A stretch of DNA of 64,000 nt from Malacoraja senta (Eukaryota). A program made the translations under genes and the position numbers. The notes beneath the pieces were generated by a model that did not search any database, was not told the origin of the DNA, and was given only the letters and a program-made list of their open reading frames with translations. The first letter of the stretch is position 1, and each line of letters begins with the position of its first letter. This document shows positions 38,156 through 50,479 of this stretch, in pieces. The stretch lies in the NCBI GenBank assembly GCA_038087875.1, contig CM075988.1, forward strand, positions 24,864,001 to 24,928,000, read 5' to 3'.

Positions 38156-39389
38156 ACTCACCAAATTGAGTGATTGGGATAAGTTGGAGTTGACTGCTTT
38201 GGTCTGGTCATTCCTCTGCCCAATGTGCAGATGAAGGGTTTCAACGTTACCAAATTTAATCTCTGGACTGATCGCTCTCCCATGAAGGAAATAATATAAC
38301 AGTGAGCTACATAAGGGGGCATGGGAGATGAGGACCTCAGTGTGGGAGGTTTTAAGAGCAGCTTAAAAGGAAAATAACAATTCCAAGAATCCGTGTGGAA
38401 ATCTTTGTTGCGTTTGAACCAATATTTTCTTTGATCACTAATTGGTGGCTCTGTGTATCCCATAAATGTCCGTTCTATGAGACTTTCGACCCATGTAGAC
38501 ATTTACCACCTTAACCTCATTATGTGAAAAAGTGACTTCCTGTCCTTTTGACCTCTCAATGGGACTATTCCAAAGCATGCCTGTCTAGCAATCCTATTTT
38601 ACTCTCGGAAGATTAGAGGTCACCCAGAACTCAGCTGTCTGCGTGGACCGCTGACACACACTGGGCCTGAGTAGGCAACTACTCCATAAATGTAATCACC
38701 ATTGAAGTCAGTGCCTTCAACTACCAAAGTTTTATCATCCAAAATACATTGTTATTTTTCCTTTAAGCTGCTTCTGAAACCTCCCACACTGACCAAGGAA
38801 AAGGTCACCTTCCCTCATGCCTCCTTATGTGGCTCTCTGCTATATTGATTCCTTTGATACCACTGTTGTAAAGCACATTGGGATGTTCAACTGAGTTAAA
38901 AGAGCAACTTGTTACATTATTTCAGCCATTTAATGCGGGGGAATAAAATTCTGTGCATTCTGTGAATAAATATTTTGATGAACTGTCTTACATATACGAC
39001 ATGTAAATTATTTCATGGGGCATTGCACTGCGGATGGCATCGTTGGTTAGCCACCTACCTGGATGTTTCCTCACACCATTCCCCCATCAAAATTAATGTT
39101 TAATGTTTTATGTATCATTCCTAAACTGTCACTGTATGTCATGTTGTCACTTGCGGGCGGAGCACCAAGGCAAATTCCTTGTATGTGAATACGTGGCCAA
39201 TAAACATTCATGCATTCATTCATTAATTCATTCAAATCACCCTCTCTTTCCTCATTTCAAATACTTTCATAACTAATAAACTAAAGTGCTCAAGATAAAT
39301 TAAGGAAACCATTTTTCGTTCATTTTTTTCCTTCGGCATTTTTCTCAGCAACATCCCCGACTTTCATTGTTCTTTCCCATTGTTCGACA

Positions 39390-40370
39390 GGTTAGAACTT
39401 TATTCCTTGGAGGATAGAAGACTGAGGGGTGATTTTATAGAGGTGTAAAAAATCCTATGGGGCATAGATAGGATGAATACACCGAGTCCATTTTCCCCAG
39501 GGTAGAGGGATCAAGAACGAGAGACACACATGTTGAGGGTGAGAGAGAGTACATTTAATAAGAACTTAAGCAGAATCTATTTTCGCATTGAGGGTGGTGG
39601 GTATCAATGGTCAATAGTGCCTTATTGTCACATGTGCAAACACACAGTGACATTATTTTCATGGGTACATTACAGGAAAGTTTCGCCATACCAAAGCACA
39701 ATCCACCGATTAACAAAGTGTACAGAAGTAGTCCACTGAGCTGCTTCAAACCTTAGCGCCAATTTCGAAGTCCAGTCCATGCTCTAGTTCTTACGAGTGG
39801 CGCCCGATCTCCAGCCTTCCTTGGACGTCTAGATCACACAGTGACCCAACGTTGCTCTCCTCCTTCACCCGTGTGGAACAGGCTGCCAAGGGAAGTGGCA
39901 CTATAACAAAATTGAGAAGCCATTTAGACAGTAGGTGCAGGAGTTGGCCATTCGGCCCTTCGAGGCAGAACCGCCATTCACTGTGATCATGGCTGATCAT
40001 CCCCAATCAGTACCCCGTTCCTGCCTTCTCCCCTTATCCTTCCACTCCTCTATCTTTAAGAGCTCCATCTAACTCTCTTGAAAGCCTCCAGAGAATTGGC
40101 CTCCACTGCCTTCTGAGACAGAGAATCCCACAGATTCACAACTCTCTGGGTGAAAAAGTATTTCCTCATCTCCGTTCTAAATGGCTTACCCCTTATTCTT
40201 AAACTGTGGCCCCTGGTTCTGGACTCCCCCAACATCGGGAACATGTTTCCTGGACAGATACGTGGAAAGCTTTAGAGGGATATCGATCAAACACAGGCTA
40301 ATGGGATTATCTTTATGGGCATGTTGAGCAGCAGATGGGCCGAAGGGCCGATTTCTGTTCTGTATGACTA
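39390..40370. mobile_element. Nested LINE cluster: older CR1 (+) interrupted by a Rex1-like piece and a young CR1 (-) at 39926-40250
   Basis: CR1 RT/3' motifs on + at 39390-39595, 39870-39929 and 40251-40370; minus ORF MFPMLGESRTRGHSLRIRG. Confidence 0.7.
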
Positions 40371-40552
40371 TAATTTCTGGGCAAGCCAGGAGCATTGGGA
40401 AACAGGGATTTACTGTAAGTCACGGCATACTTGGAAAGCCATAGAAAGGTATAAAAACAAATCACTTCAGCGTAATGTTTTACCAATAAGTAGTTAAGCT
40501 GACTTTTACTTTTATTTTGCTGAAGTAGCTAATAATTATATATATGTTGCAG

Positions 40553-40650
40553 GGAACCAGAACTGTTGCTGAGCAACGGGCCATAGCCAGTGTGGCAAGA
40601 AAATAGACTGAGCTCAATGAAAAGCAGCAAGATAGATCGTTTCAAAGAAG
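40553..40650 (+). other. Candidate 5' exon (MKSSKIDRFKE, phase-1 donor)
   Basis: ttgcag acceptor at 40552, ATG at 40617, AAG|gtaagc consensus donor; all three frames have stops within the exon, so only a start-containing or UTR exon is possible. Confidence 0.35.
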
Positions 40651-40878
40651 GTAAGCAACTTGCAAATTGGTGAGAATTGGAAGATGTGACATAGTTATAT
40701 ACAGTTTATGACTCAAGTGCATTTATTACTGAGCATTTTTATATTTAATTCATATCAAAGAATTTTCGTATGAACCTTAACACCAAATGTAATCTTAAAC
40801 CTATCAGATCTATTCCATCCAAATATCCTTCTCTTGCTTCCAGGAAACAACTCGCCTCGTTTAACTAGAAAATTGAGT

Positions 40879-41168
40879 TTTAGTTTATTGTCACAGGAAA
40901 AGCTTTTGTTGCGTGCTAACTAGTCCGTGGAAAGAGAATACATGATTACATTCGAGCCATCCACAGTGTTCAGATAAAAAGAACAATGTGAATTACATTT
41001 AGTGCAAGATAAAACCAGTAAAGTCAGATCAAAAATAGTCCAAGGGTCTCCAACAAGGTAGATAGTGGTTTAGGATTGCTCTCTAGTTATGGTAGAATGG
41101 TTCAGTTGCCTGATAACAGCTGGGAAGCAACTGTGCTGAATCTGGAGGTGTGCTTTTTCACACTTCTA
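40879..41168 (-). mobile_element. Rex1/Babar 3' end
   Basis: Same family as 864 and 27665. Confidence 0.8.
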
Positions 41169-41317
41169 AATCTTGCAAAAAGTCCTCAATTTGTCAACCA
41201 TAGGTGAGATATTTTAGAAATTTGGATGATATGACCCCTTCTAACATTGACAAGCCAAAGATGGGATGTCAGCCAGTTTCACATCACACTGGATTTTCAT
41301 TCCTTGCACCTCAGCAG

Positions 41318-41685
41318 AGGGGATAAAACAGCTAGGGGGTTAATTGGCCAAGGGGTTAATCAATCAGATGTTAATCACTTGTGTGCAGGGGTTAATTGGA
41401 CAGTGAGTTAAAGGAGCTGAGAAGGGTTAGAGAAGAAGGAGTTAAACAGTTTGGAGTTAACTGTGCAAGGGATAAAATGTCAAGGGTTAAACAGATAGGA
41501 GTTGATTGGGGAATGATTAAACAGATAAGGGCACTGAACAAGAAGTGAACATTGAAAGAGTGATCAACCCCTGATTGTTAACAGAGTTAATTAAGCAGGG
41601 TATTAATCAGGCAGGGGAAGGTGTTAATTGGGGATATCAGAAAGGGGTTTAAATAGACTGGGAATTGAGCAGTAAGGGTTAGTTG
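41318..41685 (+). repeat. Degenerate GGGTTAA/GAGTTAA motif array
   Basis: About 15 same-strand RRGTTAA-like motifs, mostly 15-18 bp apart. Confidence 0.7.
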
Positions 41686-41689
41686 GGAT

Positions 41690-41865
41690 GTGCACGCAAA
41701 GGAACTGCTGATACTGGTTTACACCGAAGATAGACACAAAATGCTGGAGTAACTCAGAGGGACAGGCTGCATCTCTGGAGAAAGGGTCTCGACCCAAAAC
41801 GTCACCTGTTTCTTCTCTCCAGAAATGTTGCCTGTCCCGCTGAGTTACTCCAACATTTTGTCTCA
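41690..41865. mobile_element. PLE inverted pair
   Basis: Minus then plus copy; aagggttag on both flanks. Confidence 0.75.
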
Positions 41866-42867
41866 ATCAAGGGTTAGATAGGAATCGACTGATTTTGTGT
41901 TACCGTCAAAAACAATTTTGTCTCCAAAGTTTCTGACATTGTATTTGTACGTCCCATAAGTTTTCATTTTGTAATGTGATTTCCTGTGAAAATGTTTTTC
42001 ATTTAGTGCACCAGAATTGATTAAGACAACCTATCTTAAAATCCAACCTGTGGAGGTACAAAAAGCCACTGAGTCAAGTTGTTCTGTAACAGGATTATAT
42101 TAAATTTTCAAGTAAATTTGTTGCAGAAATATTTGTTAGCAAGATGGATACACTGGAGACTGCAGATGTTGAAATCTTGGCCAACATACAAGTTGCTTGA
42201 AGAGTATGGGGAGTCAGGCAACATCTGTGCAGGGAAATGGACTGATGATGTTTTGGGTTGGGACCCTTCTTCAGGTTCAGGTTCAGAAGTTGTTAACAAT
42301 CTATTGTGCTTTGACCTATGCATGATATCCTGCCAATGTCCGATGTATGACACAGTACAACTTTAAATAATCCAAACCAGTCTGGAAAATACCCTTTTCT
42401 AGTAAAGGATGCATTAATAGCATAGATAATTTCAAAAGAAAAATAGATGAGCATTTGAGAGAAGCGGAAGTAACAACTTAGCTGAAAGGCAGAGCTGAAG
42501 TATCGGGTATGGGCAGAGATTGACTGGAGCATGAAGACCAGCACTGATTAGTTGGACTGAATATTGACATAAATTGCTGGAGTAACTCAATGGGTCAGGC
42601 AGCATCTCTGGAGAAAAGGCATAGGTGACGCTTCGGGTCGAGACCCTCTTTGGACCATTCAGATTGAATGGTTAGTTAATGGAAGTGTCAACTTAAGAGG
42701 CTATATGGCCATTCCTAGTTCTACTAACCCCCTTGCTCTTTCATATTGACCATTTTTTGTTCCTTTTCGTATATCTGTTGTAAGTTCCTTCTGAAAGTTG
42801 AATGCCTGTTATGTAATGTCTAGTCTAGTGTCTGTGCTGGTGACACACTTATGTCTGTCCGGACTAA

Positions 42868-42917
42868 GGTAGACAAAATTGCTGGAGAAACTCAGCGGGT
42901 ATGGCAGCATCTATGAA
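42868..42917 (-). mobile_element. 50-bp truncated PLE with 15-bp TSD
   Basis: TSD gtctgtccggactaa at 42853-42867 and 42918-42932. Confidence 0.75.
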
Positions 42918-43339
42918 GTCTGTCCGGACTAACCCGTGTTTCATTGAGAATACAGATGCTGCATTATCTTGTATGTTTCACCAAGCAGCAGGTATAACAC
43001 ACATGCTTGCCATGTATTGTTCTGTGTGTTTATTAGATTAGATTTTTGCAGTACCAAAAAAAAGAAAAAATACTACCGATGTGGGGGGTAAAAACCCAGA
43101 AGGATTTTAACTTGTATCCTGATTTCTGGGCAACTTTTGGATCTTTCTGCCTTCAGTCTGGCTGAAATGCAGATCCGTGAGCGGCTCTACTTGTTTGAGA
43201 GAAGCAGAACGACTTTTGTAACTGGAATGGAGCTGTGTGAAAAGGGGTCAGAGGCTCCCGTCTGAAAATCTAGCCTGCCTCTCTTATTTGGCAATCTGAC
43301 CCACGGGTCACAAGCTGTGGTTCCAGGTCTATTGATCTT

Positions 43340-43827
43340 CAGAGGGGGGGGTGGGGTGGGGGTTGAAGTCGAGGGAGGGAGCGAGAAGCTTGTCTGAGTA
43401 GTGCGCTGTCTGGACTTTGTACATTCCTCGCTTCCAGGGGGTGTGGACTTGCAGAAGGAGCTGCTATTGGGAGGGAAAAACGTGCGTTAAAAAGTGCTCA
43501 AGCCCGGCTTGTTAGTCTGAGCATGCTCTGTTCACCACCCCCCCTCCCAATGTCGGTCCAAGCCTCGCAGTCTGAAGTCGCCGGAAGATTATATAGAGTG
43601 GATTTTACTTTGCGAGAGGGACACCTGATTGATAGTGCCCCCTCTGAGCAGATAAGATGACAAAAACGTAGACTTTCCCGAATGAACTTTAACCGAGGAA
43701 ACGCGTTGTTTGCAGGAATAAAACTAAACCACAACAACAACAAAATCTCTTTGCGAAGAGGGAATGCAAGAGGGGAAGTTTACTAAAAAAAAAGCAGAGC
43801 AACCTGTGGAATCGAGGACTCCAATAG
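43340..43827 (+). promoter_or_regulatory. Promoter-like region and candidate first exon (MQEGKFTKKKAEQPVESRTPI, phase 1)
   Basis: G-tracts, CpGs, ETS site CCGGAAG (43581), CTCF-like tagtgccccctctg (43634), ATG at 43764, AG|gtcagt donor after 43827. Confidence 0.4.
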
Positions 43828-45943
43828 GTCAGTACACAGGCTGGGGGGTGGCTAATGTTTCTTGCTATTTCAGAGGGACTTTCTTTACAGAGTGGTTATT
43901 ACTTAAAGTTGAAGCTTCTGAGCACATGTTCTAGTCTGTTTGATTTGAGTAATAATTTCGTGCCGAGGGGGTGAATCTGGGAAAGGTTTTGATATATTTT
44001 TGGTTGTGTGTTACTTTTAAGAACTACGTTGCTTTGAAGCCTGCAATTACCAATAGAATTTCATATTGTTCCTCAAAGTTGAGCATTTTCTCATCTCTGC
44101 TTGTCACGCACACGTGCACATACATGCACACACATGCACACACATGCAGAAACTGCACGTATTGCGAATGCACAGTAATAATAATAATAATAATGGATGG
44201 GATTTATATAGCGCCTTTCTAATACTCAAGGCGCTTTACATGGCATTATTCATTCACTCCTCAGTCACACTCGGTGGTGGTGAGCAGTACATACATGCAT
44301 ACATACATATACGCAGTTTGGTTAAAAAAAGACCTTTATATTATCATGCACCCCCCCCCTCCCCAGAATCCTTGTCCTTTTTAATGCTTGTCCGACTTGC
44401 TCGGTGCTCTGTGGCAGAGGGTGCTTGAATAGCTGGCTTTGTGCTTTCAGCCTGGCGAGACGAGGGGTCAAACCCCCAAAAGCCCTTTGTCAAACTGTAT
44501 TAAAAGATAACAATGTGCCTTTGCTGCAGATTTTATCCCACGTATCCTGGAAACATTTTTCCTGGCTCAAAATCTCCGCTATGTTTTGTGATTTTTTTCT
44601 CTCTCCCCCCTCCCCCCTTGAAGCAGAATTAACGCTGCAATATAATTCTACCTTTATGCAAATGACAATCTGAATGTTGCAGTATGGAGGTCTAGAGAAT
44701 CAAAGTGTATTCTACTGAAAACATAATAATGGTGGTATCAAATAATTAAGAACATACATATTAAAAAAAATTGCAGATCTCTTCGAAGAAACTCCTGTCG
44801 ATTTTCAACCTCTTAACCCAATTTGCATTATTTTCACTTCCCATTTTCAAGTACTTTACACGCGCTCCTCGTTTCCTTTAATGTCTAAGTCTTACATCCT
44901 ATCGTCTTTTTTCCCCATTTTCTCCCCTTATCTACCTAATTTCTCAACTACTGACGGGGATCATTTTACTTTACACTGAGTTTATATACGTGCCTGTGTT
45001 TAGTATGTCCACATCTTGATGTTTGCATGAACGTGAAACTGCGTTTTGTGCGAGGGTTTATAATTTGTAAAGGTGTTTGTGTGTCTGTGTGTTTCTGTGT
45101 GAAAGTGCTTGTGAATGCGCATTGGTGAGAGAAGTTATATGTATTAAAATGAGAGAGAGAGAGAAAATGAGAAAATGTTTTGTGAAAATGATATGAAACA
45201 TCTGTGCAAAATTTGGTTTCTACTTTTACAATTTTACTCAGAATTTGAAACACAGCACAATTATTTCCCTTTGCCTGCACTGGTTGATTGCATGCTTCTT
45301 GAGGGGTTATTATTATAGTATTTTATACAACATTAGTAAATGTTCCCATTATGTGGATCACAGATATTCTTGGTGCTTTCTTTGCTTAATTGATCATTTC
45401 CAGTGGTGTGGTTTTCAAACAAGTGTATTGTTAAGGTTGTAATTGGACTTTTATGCATTCATGAATTAAATATTGAATGTACCTCTTTTATCCAGAGTAC
45501 AATTCAGTTCCAAGTAAACTCATGAGTATTAGGAGTACCAGGGATATATTTTCATTCAGGGTCATGGAAGATGGAGATGGTTGCTTTTAATTCTTTGCAA
45601 TAGACCTTGTTCTGTTGCAGAGTGGAGCCAATCAGATTTAGGACATAGACCATGGAACGCAATACAGCACCAGAACCCTACCTTGGCCCACAATATCTGT
45701 GCTGAACATGATGCCAAGACCACCTCTTATCTGCCTGCAAATAATCCATATGCAGGGGCATATCCATATGCCGATCCAAAAGTCCCTCAAATGCCATTAT
45801 CGTATCTGCCTCATCCACTGGCACCATCCGCAGCTCGATCCAGACACTCACCACCCTCTGTGTAAAGAAAAACACCTTCCCCGCACATTCGCAGGGCTAA
45901 AGAGGTGGAGGGGGCAACAGATGAAATACAAGGAGATAGAAAA

Positions 45944-46350
45944 TAAAAATAAAATAAATAAATACTTTATTGATCCCCTCGGGGAAATTCAGATGTCCAG
46001 AAGCCAACAACCAACAAACCCACACATTCAGAATGAAAGCAGACAAAAAATACATGAAATACAATATGGACATTACCTGAAAATAATAAATATTTAAAAA
46101 GACCCAATAATTAACTCTTAAAAATGCAAAGCATCCCCATACAGCCTATAATACATATATTACATATTAGATATCATACATATTATAAAATCTAATGGCT
46201 GCAGGGGTGAAGGATGTCCTGAACCGCTCTGTTCTACATCACAGGGAGAGGAGCCGGTGGTTGTTCCGTGTGCTCTTTTGACCCTCCAGAATTTCATGGA
46301 GGGGGTGCCCGGAGTTGTCGAGGATGGCCTGCAACTTGCTCCTCATATGC
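45944..46350 (-). mobile_element. Rex1/Babar 3' fragment
   Basis: tactttattgatcccctcggggaaatt 3' end; aatggctgcaggggtgaaggatgtcctgaaccgctctgt. Confidence 0.65.
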
Positions 46351-47253
46351 CTCTCAAGCACATTCCCCCACAGATAGGGCTTTTAAAACATCTTTGCAAC
46401 ATTTTGCTGGTCTGCTGGCAAGCTCAACACTTGCTTGCTCTCTTCATGGTTTTGCCTCCAAGTACCAGAGTGAACTGGAGGAGCCTACCTTTACCCTCCC
46501 GACACCAATGATGTGCAGTATCTCTGCAAAAGAAAAGTGTTAGATCCGTGCCATACTATCCCTTTCAATCAATGAAGTCCAGAGGCTTCAACAATTAGTA
46601 GTTGAAGATCCCATGGTGTAAGTTTGCAGTTGAGTTTGACCCAGTGCCTGGGAAAATATTTATCCCTCCTGACCTAATAAAAACAGCAGAGGTGGTATTT
46701 GGACTTTCTTTGAAGGGTGTGGTATCAACGTTACTCCAACTGCAGCTATTTAGTTGCACCATACCATTGAATGGGGCTGGATTTCCGATGAAACGTTAAT
46801 CTGAATGTTTTGGTGGTTAAACCCCCCCCGCCCCCCCAACCTCTGTGTTCATCGTTAAACACACCTGTTGCATAATTTGAAGAAGGGGGAATGAATTCTC
46901 TGTCTAGGGCAGCCAATCATGGATAAATAATGCCAATGTTTTCATCATCTTCTCATTTGGTTGGATCTTTCTGGCGTCACCACTGACATAACAACCGTAA
47001 CAGAATAAAAAATGTTTTGTGGGTAGAATAAGGTGAAATATAAAGTTAGAGGACCATGACTGGGCAAGGCTAGATTGTTGACCTGTATTTAGAGTAAACA
47101 TTTCTTTAGAGCGAGTTATAAATGAAAATGTATTTGAATGGTTAAGTTGGGCAGTGGGAAATTGTATCCATTTGCAGAATAAGATACCCTTAAGTGAATT
47201 ATAGGCTGGGACCTAATCTAAAGGTTGGGTGCATCATAAATTGTAACAGTTAA

Positions 47254-47750
47254 GGCCCCGTCCCACGGGCAGGCGGTTACTGGCGGTTACTGGCAGTGAA
47301 GCGCGGTGTCCCCAGAAGCGGCTACCGCGGGAGCGCCATGCGGGGGCAGAGTGTTCACCGTACGGCCGGTCCCACGAGCATGCGGCAAGCGCAACCTAAC
47401 CGGAAGCGGTTGCCGCGCGGAGGCCGAGTGTTTACCGTACGGCCTGTACCACGAGCATGCGAATGCATGTGGCGAGCGTGGCGTCGGGTGATGACGTCAT
47501 CGTGCAGCGCGCTACCCGCTGACGTCGAGACGGCTCGCGGCGTCCAGGCGTTGCTCGCGGCGTGCAGGCGGCAGGCTGAGATTTTTTGGACAGTTTTTCT
47601 GAGCACAGCGCGGTGTCAGGACCAACTACACACGGTTCCGGCGGTCTGCGTGGGACCGGACCCACGGGCCATGAGCGGTCCACGCGCGGTCCCCACTTCC
47701 TGCTACACCGCGCTTCACCGCCAGTAACCGCCTGCCCGTGGGACAGGGCC
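47254..47750. mobile_element. GC/CpG-rich Harbinger-like MITE (second family)
   Basis: ~50-bp TIR ggccccgtcccacgggcaggcggttactggc / gccagtaaccgcctgcccgtgggacagggcc; TTA on left, right TSD missing. Confidence 0.75.
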
Positions 47751-48134
47751 AGCCAAGCGTGATTTTAATGTTAAAACTTTAAGTCTAGATTATTGAACTT
47801 GTTCATTTTTATTTCTTGGGTGTACTTCACTTTACTTTGGTTGAACTGCCCTAAACACGCTGACCCGTACTAATCTGCTGCTGTACTTGTCTGCTCATTC
47901 ACCTTCCTTGTTTGAGAGAATCTCGACCTATTGATGCCACTGGAAGAGCCAACCATTGAGCACAATCAAAGCCGTCGACTGGGCATTATCCAAAAGTTGT
48001 GCGAATCCCATCTTTCCACCAGGGCCCAATACATGTGGCAGAGGAGCATGATGTTAAGCAATTCAAGCTTGGCGACCCGGGGCTGTATTCATTGCATGAC
48101 AGTCTCTCGTTTCCCCTCTGCACAAATACTCCAA

Positions 48135-48500
48135 ATGGACACAACACGCTGGAGTAACTCGGCGGCTCAGGCAGCATCTCTGGAGAAAAGGAATAGGTGG
48201 CGTTTTTGAGTTGGAACCCTACTTCAGAGTGAAAGACAGAGAAGGCCAGAACAAAACTGGGCCGGCAAGCGATGACTTCAGGAAGGGTGGAGTCCATAAT
48301 GGCCCATTGTTGGCTGGGGAAGATATGCTAATGACAGGGATACAAGGGGGCAAACAGTGGAACTAATAGGACGACTAGGGGGGAGGGGGGGGGGGGGAGA
48401 AGAGAGAGGTGGAAGGAATGCAGGAGTTAGTTGAAATTTGAGTAAGCTATGTTCATACCTCTAGGGTGTAAACTGCCCGAGCGAAATATGAGGTGCTGTT
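48135..48500 (-). mobile_element. PLE 3' region with GIY-YIG C-terminus
   Basis: Minus strand acagcacctcatatttcgctcgggcagtttacaccctagaggtatgaac (QHLIFRSGSLHPRGMN). Confidence 0.75.
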
Positions 48501-48769
48501 CAGGGCTCCAGGACAAATACACCAGGGCTTTTTGTGCTTCAGGCTTTCAGCATACATTAGTAAGTGTGCATTTTCCAGATAACTTTAGCTGTAACCTTTG
48601 GTCATGCCGAAAAACATTAAAACATACTGTTGGCACGGCTCCAGAAGTCGACAGGAACCAGATGTAAATAATCTCCCGTCTCAGTTGATAGGATCCTTGA
48701 CTTGAAATCCATAGGTCAGGGATTCGAAGGCGTGAAAGCCTACACGATCTATGCTGACTCTTAAACGAC

Positions 48770-49075
48770 TGAGGGAATTTGGCGCTGTCTGATTACATAC
48801 TTTAGATCAGAAATGTCATCCATCTTAGGTGGACAAAATTTTCCATGTTGCTATTTTGAAGAGTGTTGTAGTTAACACCCATTTATCTGTAACTGAGTAT
48901 CACCAAAGCCAAATGATCTAAAGTTATTATGTTACTGTACTTTGGATCTTCCTTTGTGCAAATTGACTTCTATTAGAGGTCAAAGGACATTTCCTACTGT
49001 GGAACAGAGACTTCACTTTAGAGGTTTATTGGTTGTAATCGTTTTTGGGAGATCCTAAGAATATGAAATGCTTTT
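48770..49075 (+). mobile_element. Degenerate Deu-domain SINE
   Basis: ccatgttgctattttgaagag..tgtgcaaattgac..catttcctac..ttattggttgtaa. Confidence 0.55.
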
Positions 49076-49198
49076 TTTTCCCTCTGTTTCAATTTTTCAT
49101 TCTGCTTACCATAGAATTCCCACCTTTATATTCATCTTACAGTGGGGAAGTCGGTTAGAGGAGTGTTGGAATAAGTTGGCGTGGGAGGAATTTCCTGG

Positions 49199-49288
49199 GG
49201 ATAGACACAAAAAGCTGGAGTAACTCAGCGGATCAGTCAGCATCTCTGGAGAGAAGGTGAAGTTTCGGTCTGAGACCCTTCTTCAGAC
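49199..49288 (-). mobile_element. Short PLE insertion
   Basis: TSD aggaatttcctgg at 49186-49198 and 49289-49301. Confidence 0.8.
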
Positions 49289-49535
49289 AGGAATTTCCTG
49301 GAGTGGGATCTCTGACTGAAATCCCAGCTTCTGAATAGTTGATAGGGTGGTCCATCCATGTATCAAGTAGATTCATCACCTTGATCACTGCATTTTGGTT
49401 CCACGGGCTCCGTTTAAGATGGTGCGCTTAAAGAGTTGTGGTCACCAGAGTAGCGGCTGAGATGCAAGGCAAGAATTTTCTTTCATTGAAAAGCCTCAAA
49501 TCTTCACCAAACCCACAATCCAGGTTAATTTTCAT

Positions 49536-49780
49536 ATTCCGCTTGGGCAGTCTGCACCCTAGCGGCATAAACATTGAATTCTCCAATTTCCGGTAGCCCT
49601 TGCTGTCTCCTCCCCTTCTCAGCTCTCCCTCAGCCCTCGGGCTCCTCCTCTTCCTTTTTCCTTTCTTCTCCCTGCCCCCACCCCACCCTACATCAGTCTG
49701 AAGAAGGGTTTCAGCCCGAAACGTTGCCTATTTCTTCGCTCCATAGATGCTGCCGCACCCGCTGAGTTTCTCCAGCACCT
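49536..49780 (+). mobile_element. PLE 3' end linking GIY-YIG ORF end to hammerhead repeat
   Basis: IFRLGSLHPSGINIEFSNFR* then ctgaagaagggtttcagcccgaaacgtt at 49698; TSD ttaattttcat at 49525-49535 and 49781-49791. Confidence 0.85.
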
Positions 49781-50479
49781 TTAATTTTCATTTGATATTT
49801 TCAGCTGATCAGGGTCTGTGGTGGATATTACTTTAAGCTTTCTTGCTATTTTGAATGATTAAATGGCTGTAAAATTGCAAGTAGCGGCTTCACCAATCAG
49901 TCCACGTCCACAGCTTTCCCTTTGCCTCAATACACTGTCTTTCATTCCAGACGATTGCAGACTCACCAGTGCCCTCAAGCATTCCTCTTGTATATCGGCC
50001 ATTTAGTTTTGGCTCGGCCAAGTGACTGAGATCCCATTTAAAATCTCATCTGCATCCTTTCCTTTCGCACCTATGTCCCTGATCCTCTTTCCTCTCTCCC
50101 TGTCACACTCGCTAATTCTATTCAGTGAGACCAGAGTTCGAGGCTTTAAACTACCCTAAAGAAATTCCTTTCTTCATCTAATCCTGACACTACTGACACT
50201 TGTGTTTCTATACATTTTCCAATCCCCCACACATTAATCTTTTTGCTTTCCTGCTCTTTGGTGCAAATTTTAAATACAGGAAGATCTCTCAAACAGTGAG
50301 GTGACAATGACACAAGTGCCTATTTTGGCACCTGCAATGCCAACAGAACATGTGTTCTAATGTTGTTTTTCTTGAGAGAGTATTCGGGACATAGTGCCTC
50401 AGTTTTGCTCATGACCCAGTAGGCAGTGCTCATTCACTCATAGACATCCACTCATAGACATCCACTCATTCCATCCCTC

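Noticed and set aside
41318..41685. Interstitial telomeric repeat
   Set aside because: No 6-bp TTAGGG periodicity; motifs are separated by unrelated spacers
47296..47727. 143-aa GC-rich ORF
   Set aside because: Lies wholly inside a MITE; no transposase or MADF motifs recognised
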